A stretch of DNA of 64,000 nucleotides from Parcubacteria group bacterium GW2011_GWD2_38_12 (GCA_000992345.1 LBUA01000001.1:13542-77541); one strand, 5' to 3'. Positions 1 through 10,180 are shown, counted from the stretch's first letter. Numbers and translations are program-made. The notes: generated by a model from the sequence alone, not told the origin.

Positions 1-1
1 T

Positions 2-796
2 GCTCGCGCGAATATCAATACGGCCATGTCCAGTATAAATACCCAGAAGCAAGCAATATCCGCGCAAAAATCTACGAATCAAAATAATATTGATGCAGCT
101 AAAGCGCAAATTTCAAGCGCAGAAAGCGCTCTGAATGTCGCAAATTCTCAGCTTGTGTTCAAAAAGGCGCTGCCAAGGAGCGAGGATATTGAAATCGCCA
201 AAGCTCAAGTATCGGAAATAGAAAATCAAATTGCGGCGGTAAGAGAAAAAATACGCAAGGCGACTCTTTCATCTCCCATACCGGCGAAAATTTCTAAAAT
301 CTTTTTTAAGGAAAAAGAATTTTTTAGAACAGGACAATCCGCTGTTTCGCTTATTGCTTTCGATTTTAAAATCCAAGCCGATATTTCGGAATTGGAAATA
401 GGAAAAATCAATGATTCGGACGGTAATAATGTTTCCGTGCAATTTGATGCTTTTGCGGGAGAAATGTTCTCCGGCAAAGTTGTTTCCATTGAACCAAAAG
501 AGGTTTTGAAGGATGGAGATAAATATTATCGTGCGGATATTTATTTTGAAGACAGGGGAATCTCTATTCGTCCGGGTATGAGCGCTGATTTGATGATAAA
601 AATACAATTTAAGGAAAATGTGGTTAAAATTCCAGAAATAGTTGTTTATAAAAAAGACAAGAAAAAATTTGTCATTCTTTCTGAAAATGGCAATCAAAAA
701 GAAACGGAAATTGAGACTGGAATTTCAGATGGGGAATTAATTGAGGTGACAAAAGGACTTTCTGAGGGGCAAATTGTAATTATGTCAATAAAATAA
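2..796 (+). CDS. Efflux RND/MacA-type membrane fusion (periplasmic adaptor) protein, 5'-partial
   Basis: Coiled-coil hairpin, then ADISELEIGKI, IRPGMSADL and IETGISDGELIEVTKGLSEGQ. The frame is open to the window start and the gene lies upstream of an ABC ATPase and permease. Confidence 0.85.
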   Translation, partial: ARANINTAMSSINTQKQAISAQKSTNQNNIDAAKAQISSAESALNVANSQLVFKKALPRSEDIEIAKAQVSEIENQIAAVREKIRKATLSSPIPAKISKIFFKEKEFFRTGQSAVSLIAFDFKIQADISELEIGKINDSDGNNVSVQFDAFAGEMFSGKVVSIEPKEVLKDGDKYYRADIYFEDRGISIRPGMSADLMIKIQFKENVVKIPEIVVYKKDKKKFVILSENGNQKETEIETGISDGELIEVTKGLSEGQIVIMSIK

Positions 797-910
797 AGGT
801 TTTTCGGGACTTCCGGGCTCTTTTTTGAGGCATTAAACCTATATTTCGTTTTTGCTCATCGCCCGTGCTTATTGCAGGCAGGATAAACGAAATAAGCGAG
901 TGATATTTTA

Positions 911-1798
911 ATGAGAAAAACAAGCGTACAAAACAATACAATAAACAATACTGGCGAGGGGATGTTTGATCCGGTTTGCGGGATGAATTTAAAAGGGATT
1001 GATGAATTTAAAAAAAATCAATTAGCGGAAAAGGGATTATTTTTTTGTAGCGATCATTGTAAAAGCCGATTTGAAAAGAACCCGGAAAAATTCCAAAATG
1101 AACCGTTAATCAAACTCAGAAATGTTCAGAAAGTTTTTAATCTGGGCGGAGTGGATACTTATGCGTTAAAAGACCTTGATATTTATATTTGGGAAGGAGA
1201 TTTTGTGGCGATTATAGGCGCTTCAGGATCGGGGAAAAGCACGGCTTTGAATATGATAGGTCTTTTAGACAAACCGACTTCCGGCGACATTTTTTTAAAG
1301 GGGGTTAATATATCCGATTTAAATGATGAAGAAAAAACAAAGTTTCGTTCAGAGACCTTCGGCTTTATTTTTCAGCAATATAATTTAATACCCTGGTTGA
1401 CTGCTTTTGAAAATATTTCATTACCATTGATTTTTTCCGGCAAAGGTATTAATAATAAAAAAATCAATGCGAGTATTGAGGGAATCGGTCTTGGGGGAAG
1501 GTCTTTGCATCGCCCATTTGAGCTTTCCGGAGGCGAACAGCAAAGAGTTGCTTTGCTTCGCGCGCTCGTTAGCGATCCGGATATAATACTTGGCGATGAG
1601 CCGACCGGAAACCTTGATTCCAGCACAGGAAATAAGCTGTTGGATATATTGCTGGATTTGAATAAAAAGGAAGGCAAAACATTGTTAATTGTCACTCATG
1701 ATGCCGATATAGCGGGAAAAGCGGATCAAATCATAACTATGAAAGACGGGAAAGCGATAAAAGACCATCAGGTTTATAAAAAAATATATACAGAGTAA
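911..1798 (+). CDS. MacB/LolD-family ABC ATPase with N-terminal YHS/TRASH metal-binding domain
   Basis: DPVCGM...FFCSDHCKSRFEKNPEKF, then Walker A GASGSGKS, LSGGEQQR, DEPTGNLD and VTHD. Alternative ATG at 962. Confidence 0.9.
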   Translation: MRKTSVQNNTINNTGEGMFDPVCGMNLKGIDEFKKNQLAEKGLFFCSDHCKSRFEKNPEKFQNEPLIKLRNVQKVFNLGGVDTYALKDLDIYIWEGDFVAIIGASGSGKSTALNMIGLLDKPTSGDIFLKGVNISDLNDEEKTKFRSETFGFIFQQYNLIPWLTAFENISLPLIFSGKGINNKKINASIEGIGLGGRSLHRPFELSGGEQQRVALLRALVSDPDIILGDEPTGNLDSSTGNKLLDILLDLNKKEGKTLLIVTHDADIAGKADQIITMKDGKAIKDHQVYKKIYTE

Positions 1799-1825
1799 AC
1801 GATTTTTAAATCTTAGACGCGTTAT

Positions 1826-3031
1826 ATGCTCAAAAATTTTATAATTTTAATTTTAAAAGGTGTCAGACACAGGCCCATCAGAAGTTGGTTGACTATTTTA
1901 GGGATTATTATCGGAGTGATGCTTGTAATAATGATTCTTTCTTTGAGCGCCGGAGTTCAGAATGCGATTAGCAGTACATTGCAAATGTTCGGTTCAGACT
2001 TGATTATTATTTTTCCCGGCAAGGAAACAAACCCTATTGCCGGAATTTTGGCCGGCCAAAAATTCAAAGAACAGGATATTATGGATCTTGAAAATATTGA
2101 AGGGGTTGATTCTGTGGCTCCGATGACTATCGGGACATTGAATGTTGATTTTAAGGGGGAGAAGAAATCTGTCGCTTTTCATGCTTCTTATTGGGATAAA
2201 ATGAAAAGCATTTTTGAAGAATCGCGTGGCGTGAAATTGGAAATCGGCGCATGGCCGCAGAATGAAGATGCTAACGAAGTGGTCCTTGGGTATTTAGCCG
2301 CAAACAGTCTTTTTAAAAATAAAATTCAGGCAGGAGATGAAATCATTGTTCAATCAAAAAGGTTGAAAGTATCTGGTATTATGGCGCGGCTCGGCATTCA
2401 GGAGGATGATAATTCCATGTATATGTCTTGGAATATGTTTCATAATATTTCCGGATTAAAGCCGGGAGTTATGTCGGCCTTAGTCAGGGTTGTCCCTGGG
2501 GGAAATATCGAGTTTATTGCCCAGCAGATAAGATTTCAGCTTCAGAAACAGGAGGTTGTCCGTGATTTTTCCGTTTTAAGTCCGGAAAAAGCCGGCCGCA
2601 TAGTTGGCGATATATTATCCATAGTGGAATTGGTGTTGCTTCTAATCGCCATGGTTTCTTTGCTTGTTGGCGCGGTTGGGATTATGAATACAATCTATAC
2701 TTCGGTTTTAGAACGTACAAAGCAGATAGGAATCATGAAAGCCATCGGAGCTTCATCAGAAAGTATTCTGATGCTGTTTTTAATAGAGTCGGGAGTTATT
2801 GGTATTATTGGAGGAGTTTTAGGGGTGGTTGTCGGTATTATTTTCGCTTGGATTGCCGGTTTTATAGCTTCGCGTTTTGGGATTAACGGACTTTTTTCTT
2901 TCGCTTCGCTTGATTTTTTTGGATTTTTCGCCATTTTAATTATTACTTTTATAACCGGCATTGTCTCCGGTATTTTGCCGGCGCGCCAAGCGGCAAAGAT
3001 GGAGCCAGCCGAAGCATTAAGATATGAATAA
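1826..3031 (+). CDS. MacB/FtsX-family ABC permease
   Basis: RSWLTILGIIIGV, large extracytoplasmic domain, GIMNTIYTSVLERTKQIGIMKAIGA, PARQAAKMEPAEALRYE. Confidence 0.92.
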   Translation: MLKNFIILILKGVRHRPIRSWLTILGIIIGVMLVIMILSLSAGVQNAISSTLQMFGSDLIIIFPGKETNPIAGILAGQKFKEQDIMDLENIEGVDSVAPMTIGTLNVDFKGEKKSVAFHASYWDKMKSIFEESRGVKLEIGAWPQNEDANEVVLGYLAANSLFKNKIQAGDEIIVQSKRLKVSGIMARLGIQEDDNSMYMSWNMFHNISGLKPGVMSALVRVVPGGNIEFIAQQIRFQLQKQEVVRDFSVLSPEKAGRIVGDILSIVELVLLLIAMVSLLVGAVGIMNTIYTSVLERTKQIGIMKAIGASSESILMLFLIESGVIGIIGGVLGVVVGIIFAWIAGFIASRFGINGLFSFASLDFFGFFAILIITFITGIVSGILPARQAAKMEPAEALRYE

Positions 3032-5165
3032 TAAAATTATGTATACTTGTCCAATGCATTTAGAAATTATCAGAGAGCTTCCCGGAGAATGTCCAAAATG
3101 CGGGATGAAACTTGTTGAGAGTAAAGAGGGTAAGGGGAAGAGTAAAGAGATGGGTTACGAAAGTCGCGCTTTAATCGACAGTGCGCGACACGATTCTGCA
3201 GAATCGCATGCAGGGCATAAGGCCGAAGATTTTTTGAAAAAGTTTTTAGTGAGTTTGGCGTTGACCATACCAGTTTTATTTTATTCTGATGTTATTCAGA
3301 AATTGATTGGTTGGTCACCACCGAGTTTTTACGGGTCGCAATATCTTGCTTTTATTTTAAGCTCTTTTGTGTTTTTTTACGGCGGTTTTATTTTTTTGCG
3401 CGGCGCTTTCTCAGAATTAAAAGCGCGACTTCCCGGAATGATGACTTTGATTACGATTGCAATTTCTGTCGCGTATCTCTATAGCGTATTTACGGTGTTT
3501 TCCGGCAAAGGCGAAAATCTTTTTTGGGAATTGACCACCTTAATCACAATAATGCTGCTTGGCCATTGGATTGAAATGCGAGCGGTTCAAGGCACCGAGA
3601 AAACATTGAAAGAATTGGCAAAACTTTTACCGGATAAAGCAGAGGTGGTAAAGGGCGCGCAAACGGAAATTATTTCGCTCAGCGAATTAAAGTTTGATGA
3701 TATTGTTTTTATAAGGCCCGGAGGGAAAATTCCGGCTGATGGAGCTGTGATAGAGGGAAAATCAGACGTTAATGAATCAATGATTACCGGAGAATCAAAT
3801 CTAGTAGAAAAAACAATCGGTAGCGAAGTAATTGCCGGCACGATAAATAGCGACGGCGTTTTAAAGGTAAAAATTACTAAAATAGGAGAGCAGACTTTTT
3901 TGGCTGGCGTGATGCGCTTAGTATCTAGCGCTCAAACATCAAAATCGCGCTTACAAATATTATCTGATAGAGCCGCATTTTACTTGACTCTTGTGGCTAT
4001 TATTTCCGCAATCACGACATTTTTTTTGTGGTTTTTTATAGGAGGAAATTTGGTTTTTGCCATAGAAAGATTCGTTGTTGTGCTTGTAATTGCCTGCCCC
4101 CACGCTTTGGGACTTGCCATTCCGCTTGTTGCATCAATCTCCACATCGCTTGGCGCAAAAAATGGTTTATTGATCAGACAGCGTCTTGCGCTTGAAGCCG
4201 CTAGAAAAATAGATATTGTTCTATTTGATAAGACCGGCACCTTAACTAAAGGGGAATATGGCGTTGAAGAAATTTTCCCCATAAAAGCCGATCAAGATAC
4301 GATTCTTCATTTGGCGGCATCAATTGACGCTTATTCCGAGCATATGGTGTCAAAAGCCATTGTCAGGAAATTCAAGGAAAAAAATAAAGCGTTTCTTGAG
4401 GTAAAAGACTTCACTAGAGTTCCCGGCAAAGGTGTTAGAGGAATTATAAACAAAGAAGAAGTGTTGGCTGGAGGAGCATCTATTTTGGACGATGAAAAAA
4501 TTATTGTTGCGGAAAATACAAAAAAAATAATTGAAGAAGAAAGTAAAAAAGGCAGAACAATTATTTTTGTTATTAAAAATAAAGAAATTTTAGGGATAAT
4601 ATCGCTTGGCGATGTGGTGCGCGAAGAATCAGAAGAAGCAGTTTTACAACTTCAAAATATGGGCGTGAATGTGGCGATGATTACCGGGGATTCGGAAGAT
4701 GTTGCCAGATGGGTGGCAAAAGATTTGGATATTAGCGAGTATTTTGCGAAAGTTTTGCCTCACGAAAAAGTGGAGAAAGTAAAAATTTTACAATCAAAAG
4801 GCTTTAAGGTGGCGATGGTCGGAGATGGCATTAATGATGCGCCGGCGTTGACCCAGGCAGATTTGGGTATTGCCATTGGCGCCGGGACAAATGTGGCGAT
4901 TGAATCTGCGGGAATTATTTTAGTAAAAAATGACCCTCGCGATATTGTAAAAATAATTAAACTTTCCAAAGCCACTTATCGTAAAATGATACAGAATTTA
5001 TTCTGGGCGACTGGATACAATATTGTGGCTTTGCCATTAGCAGCCGGTATTTTGGCATCAAAAGGGATATTGCTTCAGCCAGCATTAGCGGCATTATTTA
5101 TGTCGGCAAGCACCATTATTGTCGCCGTGAATGCAATGTTTTTGCGACGATCAAAATTTGATTAG
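3024..5165 (+). CDS. copB: Copper-translocating P1B-type ATPase (CopB / P1B-3-like)
   Basis: N-terminal YTCPMH...CPKCGM, TGES, CPH in TM6, DKTGTLT, GDGINDAP, YN and MSAST membrane motifs. Confidence 0.9.
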   Translation: MNNKIMYTCPMHLEIIRELPGECPKCGMKLVESKEGKGKSKEMGYESRALIDSARHDSAESHAGHKAEDFLKKFLVSLALTIPVLFYSDVIQKLIGWSPPSFYGSQYLAFILSSFVFFYGGFIFLRGAFSELKARLPGMMTLITIAISVAYLYSVFTVFSGKGENLFWELTTLITIMLLGHWIEMRAVQGTEKTLKELAKLLPDKAEVVKGAQTEIISLSELKFDDIVFIRPGGKIPADGAVIEGKSDVNESMITGESNLVEKTIGSEVIAGTINSDGVLKVKITKIGEQTFLAGVMRLVSSAQTSKSRLQILSDRAAFYLTLVAIISAITTFFLWFFIGGNLVFAIERFVVVLVIACPHALGLAIPLVASISTSLGAKNGLLIRQRLALEAARKIDIVLFDKTGTLTKGEYGVEEIFPIKADQDTILHLAASIDAYSEHMVSKAIVRKFKEKNKAFLEVKDFTRVPGKGVRGIINKEEVLAGGASILDDEKIIVAENTKKIIEEESKKGRTIIFVIKNKEILGIISLGDVVREESEEAVLQLQNMGVNVAMITGDSEDVARWVAKDLDISEYFAKVLPHEKVEKVKILQSKGFKVAMVGDGINDAPALTQADLGIAIGAGTNVAIESAGIILVKNDPRDIVKIIKLSKATYRKMIQNLFWATGYNIVALPLAAGILASKGILLQPALAALFMSASTIIVAVNAMFLRRSKFD

Positions 5166-5224
5166 TGGAATTGGCGGCAACAAGTATAATAAAAGAATAA
5201 TTTGTTTAATTTATCTTGATTATT

Positions 5225-5770
5225 ATGGATGTATTTTCACACGGCCTTTGGAGTGGGGCTGTTTACAAAATTATTAATGCAAAAATTAAAAAGCCATTGA
5301 ATATCAAGTGGGCGGTTATTTTTGGCATATTCCCGGATTTTTTTTCATTTGCGCCATCATTTATCTTTATGTTTTGGGGATTAATTTTCGGCGGTATGAA
5401 TTTTGCTGATTGGCCGCGACCCGATGAATTGGAGCCATTTCCGCCGGATACCCTATTTATTTTTAAATTAACGAATTTTCTCTATAGTATGACTCATAGT
5501 TTAGTGATTTTTCTTGTTATATTTGGCGTTGTGTATCTGATTTTTAAAAGACCAATTTGGGAAATGGGTGCATGGATATTTCATATTTTGATAGATATTC
5601 CTACACATAGTTATGCATTTTATCCGACGCCGTTTTTGTGGCCATTTTCCAATATCAAACTTGATGGATTATCTTGGGCGAATCCATGGTTTTTAGCTGT
5701 TGAGTATTCGTTGGTTATTTCTATTTATCTCTATTTTTATTTCAGAAATAAAAATAAATTACGCATATAA
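5225..5770 (+). CDS. Membrane-bound putative metal-dependent hydrolase (YdjM/DUF457-like)
   Basis: SH near the N-terminus, PD, THS and HILID motifs among hydrophobic helices. ATG 5225 preferred. Confidence 0.6.
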   Translation: MDVFSHGLWSGAVYKIINAKIKKPLNIKWAVIFGIFPDFFSFAPSFIFMFWGLIFGGMNFADWPRPDELEPFPPDTLFIFKLTNFLYSMTHSLVIFLVIFGVVYLIFKRPIWEMGAWIFHILIDIPTHSYAFYPTPFLWPFSNIKLDGLSWANPWFLAVEYSLVISIYLYFYFRNKNKLRI

Positions 5771-5840
5771 TAATTTAGTTTATATGGTATAAAAACCGCA
5801 TAAATAAGCGGATTTTAGGCGGTTTTAGTCTCTTTAGCTA

Positions 5841-5869
5841 TTGACTTTTTCGGGACGTTATGCTAAGAT
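5841..5869 (+). promoter_or_regulatory. Predicted sigma70 promoter for the 3D-domain gene
   Basis: TTGACT-17 bp-TAAGAT with extended -10 TG. Confidence 0.5.
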
Positions 5870-6091
5870 TGTTTTTACGCCATTGATTTTCAGTGGTGTT
5901 TTATTTTGCCTAGCGGAAAGTTTAATTATCGAGAAATAATTTTGAATAAAGTTTGTAATTTATTTGAAATTTATGCGAGGTCCAGCTGATATTTTCGACG
6001 GATTCTTTTTTAAGAATAAGTTGAGGATTAGGCGCTTATCCATAAAATCGAGATTAATGAAGGATAAGTTTGTTTTTGTGACAAATCTAAT

Positions 6092-6634
6092 ATGGTTACA
6101 TTGACGAGTATAGCGGTTTTATCCGGGTTGCTCCTTGGTATTACTGCTCCCGGAAATATAATTTTAGACAGTAAAAATGATGATGTAAGGGGATTTGCGG
6201 TTGAATTTGCGATAGATGGCTGGTCGGAAAATAGTATGAAGGCCAGTAATTCAAGCGCTATTAAGATTTCTCAGAAGACTATAAAAAATAGGAATTACAT
6301 TGCCATTGAAAGTGGCGATGTAACTGTTACGGCTTATTCTTCGACTTTTGACCAGACGGATGATTCCCCGTTTATTATGGCTTCGGGAAAATATGTTTAT
6401 GACGGAGCAATCGCGGCAAATTTCTTGTCTATTGGCACTAAAGTCCGTTTTCCGGAAAAATACGGCGATAAGATATTCACTGTAGAAGACAGAATGAATA
6501 AAAGATATGATTATAGGATGGATATTTGGATGGAAACCAGACAAGAAGCTCAAAGTTTCGGTTTAAGAAAATTGAAATATGAAATAGTGAAAGATGATTC
6601 TGATGCATTTCATAATATTGTAGCTGTTAAATAA
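6092..6634 (+). CDS. Secreted 3D-domain (MltA-like) cell-wall protein
   Basis: Signal-like N-terminus, VTAYSS..DQTD, AANFLSIGTKV, VEDRM...RMDIW. Confidence 0.85.
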   Translation: MVTLTSIAVLSGLLLGITAPGNIILDSKNDDVRGFAVEFAIDGWSENSMKASNSSAIKISQKTIKNRNYIAIESGDVTVTAYSSTFDQTDDSPFIMASGKYVYDGAIAANFLSIGTKVRFPEKYGDKIFTVEDRMNKRYDYRMDIWMETRQEAQSFGLRKLKYEIVKDDSDAFHNIVAVK

Positions 6635-6674
6635 AAACTAAAACCGTCCGCCTAAGGCGGACGGTTTTAGTTTT
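6634..6674. terminator. Bidirectional intrinsic terminator with TCCGCC/GGCGGA core
   Basis: aaaactaaaaccgtccgcct-a-aggcggacggttttagtttt perfect inverted repeat between convergent genes. Confidence 0.8.
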
Positions 6675-6691
6675 AAGTGCTCTTAGTCTGT

Positions 6692-7051
6692 TTATATTGT
6701 TGTTTGTATTGATGTTTCTTCGGTCAGTAGTTTATAAAGCGCAAGACCTGCCAAGAAATCAACAGCAACAAACATAACGTCCGTAAGGCCAGTCATGATT
6801 GCCACTGCAATGCCAGCATCGGTTTTCATGAAAAAATGATATAGGCCGGCAACGGCAAGTAAGGTGTTTAGATAAAATCCATACTCAATTGTTTGTTTTC
6901 TTGCCATGAGGATCGTCACAATTACGGCATCAAATAAAGTCACCCACATCAGCCAGCTGATTTGGGGATGTAATTTGCCATGAAGGAGCGTGGCGGCCGC
7001 AGGCATTAGAAAAAGTATGGCGAGCAATGAATATTGGATAAGTTTGTTCAT
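6692..7051 (-). CDS. Hypothetical four-helix membrane protein
   Basis: 119-aa ORF with about four hydrophobic segments, filling the gap between terminator and divergent promoter region. Confidence 0.7.
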   Translation of the reverse strand: MNKLIQYSLLAILFLMPAAATLLHGKLHPQISWLMWVTLFDAVIVTILMARKQTIEYGFYLNTLLAVAGLYHFFMKTDAGIAVAIMTGLTDVMFVAVDFLAGLALYKLLTEETSIQTTI

Positions 7052-7198
7052 TTCTATTTTATTGGTTAATTATAAATATGACGACCTTTAATATATCAAA
7101 TAATGATGAATATAATAAATTATTCATTAATATTAATACATCGGTTATGGGTTATGCAATAGTTAAAAATGTGGCCGTTAGTTAAGGACTTTATTATT

Positions 7199-7248
7199 CC
7201 CCGCAATATAAGAAGGATATGTTGTGTTATCCTTCTTATATTGCGGGG
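7199..7248. repeat. Perfect 21-bp inverted repeat in a divergent intergenic region
   Basis: ccccgcaatataagaaggata / tatccttcttatattgcgggg with an 8-nt loop. Confidence 0.85.
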
Positions 7249-7249
7249 T

Positions 7250-7278
7250 TTGACAATTTTGAGAAAAGAGTATAATAT
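7250..7278 (+). promoter_or_regulatory. Predicted sigma70 promoter for khpA
   Basis: TTGACA at 7250, then TATAATAT at 7271-7278. Confidence 0.5.
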
Positions 7279-7406
7279 AGTAATAATTTAAGTTGGGCAG
7301 ATGATTCTCGGAAAGAGTGGCATTGGTCCAGCGAATGAAAAGGTCGTTGTTAGATTACGATATAAAATTTGATAGTTTTAAAGCTATTAAATTTTAAGCT
7401 AAGAAC

Positions 7407-7715
7407 ATGACAGCAAAAACAGTTGATCAAGAATTTCTTGAATATCTTATCAAATCGATTGTTACCCATCCTGAAGAGGTGAAGGTTGACAGGAAGGTTG
7501 ACGAAATGGGAGTTTTATTAACTCTCAAGGTTAACAAAGAAGACATGGGAACTATTATTGGGCGTGGTGGAGATACTGCAAAAGCCATCAGGAGTTTGGT
7601 GAGAATTGTTGGTTTAAAAAATAATGCCAGAGTTAATTTAAAGATTGAAGAGCCGGAAGGCGGCACTGGCGGTAATTCAAAAAGATCTGCCGATATTGGA
7701 GATCTAGACCTTTAG
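7407..7715 (+). CDS. khpA: KH-domain RNA-binding protein KhpA (UPF0109)
   Basis: [32 protein letters not shown] (GxxG loop), next to trmD. Confidence 0.9.
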   Translation: MTAKTVDQEFLEYLIKSIVTHPEEVKVDRKVDEMGVLLTLKVNKEDMGTIIGRGGDTAKAIRSLVRIVGLKNNARVNLKIEEPEGGTGGNSKRSADIGDLDL

Positions 7716-7720
7716 TTTTT

Positions 7721-7765
7721 CACAAAATACAAAACCCCTCATTTTGAGGGGTTTTGTATTTTGTG
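7721..7765. terminator. 21-bp perfect hairpin between khpA and trmD
   Basis: cacaaaatacaaaacccctca-ttt-tgaggggttttgtattttgtg. Confidence 0.7.
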
Positions 7766-7779
7766 TTAATGTAAAATTA

Positions 7780-8436
7780 ATGATCAAATTTGATATAATA
7801 ACAATCTTCCCCGAAATTTTCAGCTCGTATTTTGGTAAATCCATTTTAAAGCGCGCGCAGGAGAATGAGTTGATAAAAATCGGCGTTCACGATTTGCGTA
7901 AATTTTCCATTGACAAACACAAAAAAGTGGATGACAAAGCATATGGCGGAGGACCGGGGATGGTGCTCAAAATTGAACCAATTGTTAGAGCAATTGGTTC
8001 AATTTTGAAGTTAAAAGTTAAAAGTAAAAAGTTAAAAGTAAAAAGCAGAGTTATATTATTTTCTACTCGGGGGAAAAAATTCAACAATAAAATTGCCGAA
8101 AAATTGGTAAAATATGATCAATTGATTTTAATTTGCGGTAGATATGAAGGGGTGGACGAGAGGGTAGCCAAATATATTGCCGATGAGGAAATATCCATTG
8201 GAGAGTATGTTTTGACTGGCGGTGAAATTCCGGCGATGGTTTTGGTGGATGCGGTTAGTCGCCATATTCCCGGAGTTTTAGGCAAGCAAGAATCATTAGA
8301 GGAAATAAAGGGATCGTATCCGGTTTATACGCGTCCAGAAGTTTTTGAGATGAGAAATAAAAATTTGCGCGTGCCGAAAGTTTTATTATCCGGCGATCAT
8401 AAAAAAATAGAAGAATGGAGGGAGAAATTTCACTAA
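7780..8436 (+). CDS. trmD: tRNA (guanine37-N1)-methyltransferase
   Basis: [50 protein letters not shown] 7780 preferred. Confidence 0.97.
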   Translation: MIKFDIITIFPEIFSSYFGKSILKRAQENELIKIGVHDLRKFSIDKHKKVDDKAYGGGPGMVLKIEPIVRAIGSILKLKVKSKKLKVKSRVILFSTRGKKFNNKIAEKLVKYDQLILICGRYEGVDERVAKYIADEEISIGEYVLTGGEIPAMVLVDAVSRHIPGVLGKQESLEEIKGSYPVYTRPEVFEMRNKNLRVPKVLLSGDHKKIEEWREKFH

Positions 8437-8564
8437 TTGCAAATTTATCAGTCGTAAATCGCGGATTATTTAATTGACCCCTTAGGAATTGTCTATATTA
8501 TATAAGATTTAAAAATTTATATAGAGTGTTATAATGGTTATAAGAATATTAAAGAATAAATAAA

Positions 8565-10172
8565 ATGCTAAAGTATATCTTTGTTACCGGGGGGGTATGC
8601 TCTGGCCTGGGCAAAGGAATAGCCGCGTCTTCTATCGGCATGCTTTTGAAATCCGCGGGATATAAGGTTGTTATCCAAAAAATGGATCCTTATTTAAATA
8701 TTGATCCCGGGACTATGAATCCGTATCAACATGGCGAGGTTTTTGTGACTCATGACGGCGCGGAGACGGATTTAGACCTTGGGCATTATGAAAGATTTAT
8801 AGACGAAGAACTTTCTGCGATATCTAGTATTTCCACGGGACAAATTTATAGGGATGTTTTGGGGAAGGAAAGAAGCGGAGATTTTTTGGGAAAAACAATT
8901 CAGATAATTCCTCATATCACAAACGCCATCAAAGATTCAATAAGAAAATGTGCTAAAAAATCTAGAGTCGATATTTTAATTTGTGAAATCGGCGGAACAG
9001 TAGGCGATATTGAGGGCGAGCCGTTCCTAGAAGCGGCGCGTCAACTTCATAATGAAGAAGGGCATCACAGCGTGATGTTTATTCATCTAGTACTCTTGCC
9101 GTACCTGAGGAATTCCGATGAATTGAAAACCAAACCCGCTCAAGCATCGGTAAGGGAGCTTCGAAGATCGGGCATTAATGCCGATATTATTTTATGTCGC
9201 GCTGATGAAAAGATAGCGAAAAATCATTTAGAAAAAATCGCTTTATTTTGCGATGTTTCTGTTGCGGCTGTGGTTCCTGCTCCAACGGTAAATTCCATAT
9301 ATGAAGTGCCGGTGAATTTCGAAAATTATAAAATCACTAAACTTATAACCAAACATTTGGATTTGAGTTATAGAAAACCAAATCTTAAAGAATGGAATCG
9401 TTTTATAAAAAAAATTAATTCCAAATTGCCGGTTATTAATATCGCTTTGGTTGGAAAATACATGGAACTTAAGGATGCTTATCTGAGTGTCGCAGAATCC
9501 GTGAAATCAGCCGCTTATTTCAATAATTTTTCCGCAAATCTTGTTTGGATTAATTCTGATAAATTGGAGGCTGATAATAAATTCGCGGAAAAAGAATGGG
9601 ATAAATTGAAAAATGCAAAAGGAGTGATAGTAATGGGCGGATTCGGGAAAAGGGGCATTGAAGGCAAGATTGCAGTTGCAAAATACGCGAGGGAAAACAA
9701 AGTTCCTTATTTGGGAATTTGTCTTGGAATGCAAATAGCCGCGATTGAATTTGCGAGGAATGTTTTGGGATTAAAGAATGCCAATTCAACAGAATTTGAT
9801 AATAAAACCACCCAACCGATTATTTATCTTATGCCTGATCAGCGGGGTATATACAAAAAGGGCGGGACAATGCGACTTGGCGACTATGATTGTATTTTAA
9901 GGGAAGGATCAAAAAGTTTTGCTGCTTATAGAAATAAAAAAATAGTGGAAAGACACAGACACAGGTATGAATTTAATAGTGCGTATGAGAAGAAACTTGA
10001 AGCTAAAGGAATGGTTGTTACCGGCAGAAATCCCAGGAGCGGTCTTTGTGAGATATTGGAAAATATAAATCATCCTTGGTTTGTCGGAGTTCAATTCCAT
10101 CCGGAATTTAAATCACAACCACTCGCGCCACATCCGCTTTTTAGGGAATTTATTAAAGTTTGTGTAAAATAA
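8565..10172 (+). CDS. pyrG: CTP synthase
   Basis: VTGGVCSGLGKG, DPGTMNPYQHGEV, GICLGMQ, HRHRYE, QFHPEF. Confidence 0.98.
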   Translation: MLKYIFVTGGVCSGLGKGIAASSIGMLLKSAGYKVVIQKMDPYLNIDPGTMNPYQHGEVFVTHDGAETDLDLGHYERFIDEELSAISSISTGQIYRDVLGKERSGDFLGKTIQIIPHITNAIKDSIRKCAKKSRVDILICEIGGTVGDIEGEPFLEAARQLHNEEGHHSVMFIHLVLLPYLRNSDELKTKPAQASVRELRRSGINADIILCRADEKIAKNHLEKIALFCDVSVAAVVPAPTVNSIYEVPVNFENYKITKLITKHLDLSYRKPNLKEWNRFIKKINSKLPVINIALVGKYMELKDAYLSVAESVKSAAYFNNFSANLVWINSDKLEADNKFAEKEWDKLKNAKGVIVMGGFGKRGIEGKIAVAKYARENKVPYLGICLGMQIAAIEFARNVLGLKNANSTEFDNKTTQPIIYLMPDQRGIYKKGGTMRLGDYDCILREGSKSFAAYRNKKIVERHRHRYEFNSAYEKKLEAKGMVVTGRNPRSGLCEILENINHPWFVGVQFHPEFKSQPLAPHPLFREFIKVCVK

Positions 10173-10180
10173 TTCAGCAT

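Noticed and set aside
5975-6006. c-di-AMP (ydaO) riboswitch before the 3D-domain gene
   Set aside because: Only short GAATCC and CAGCT..CCTCG-like words, on the wrong strand and too close together.
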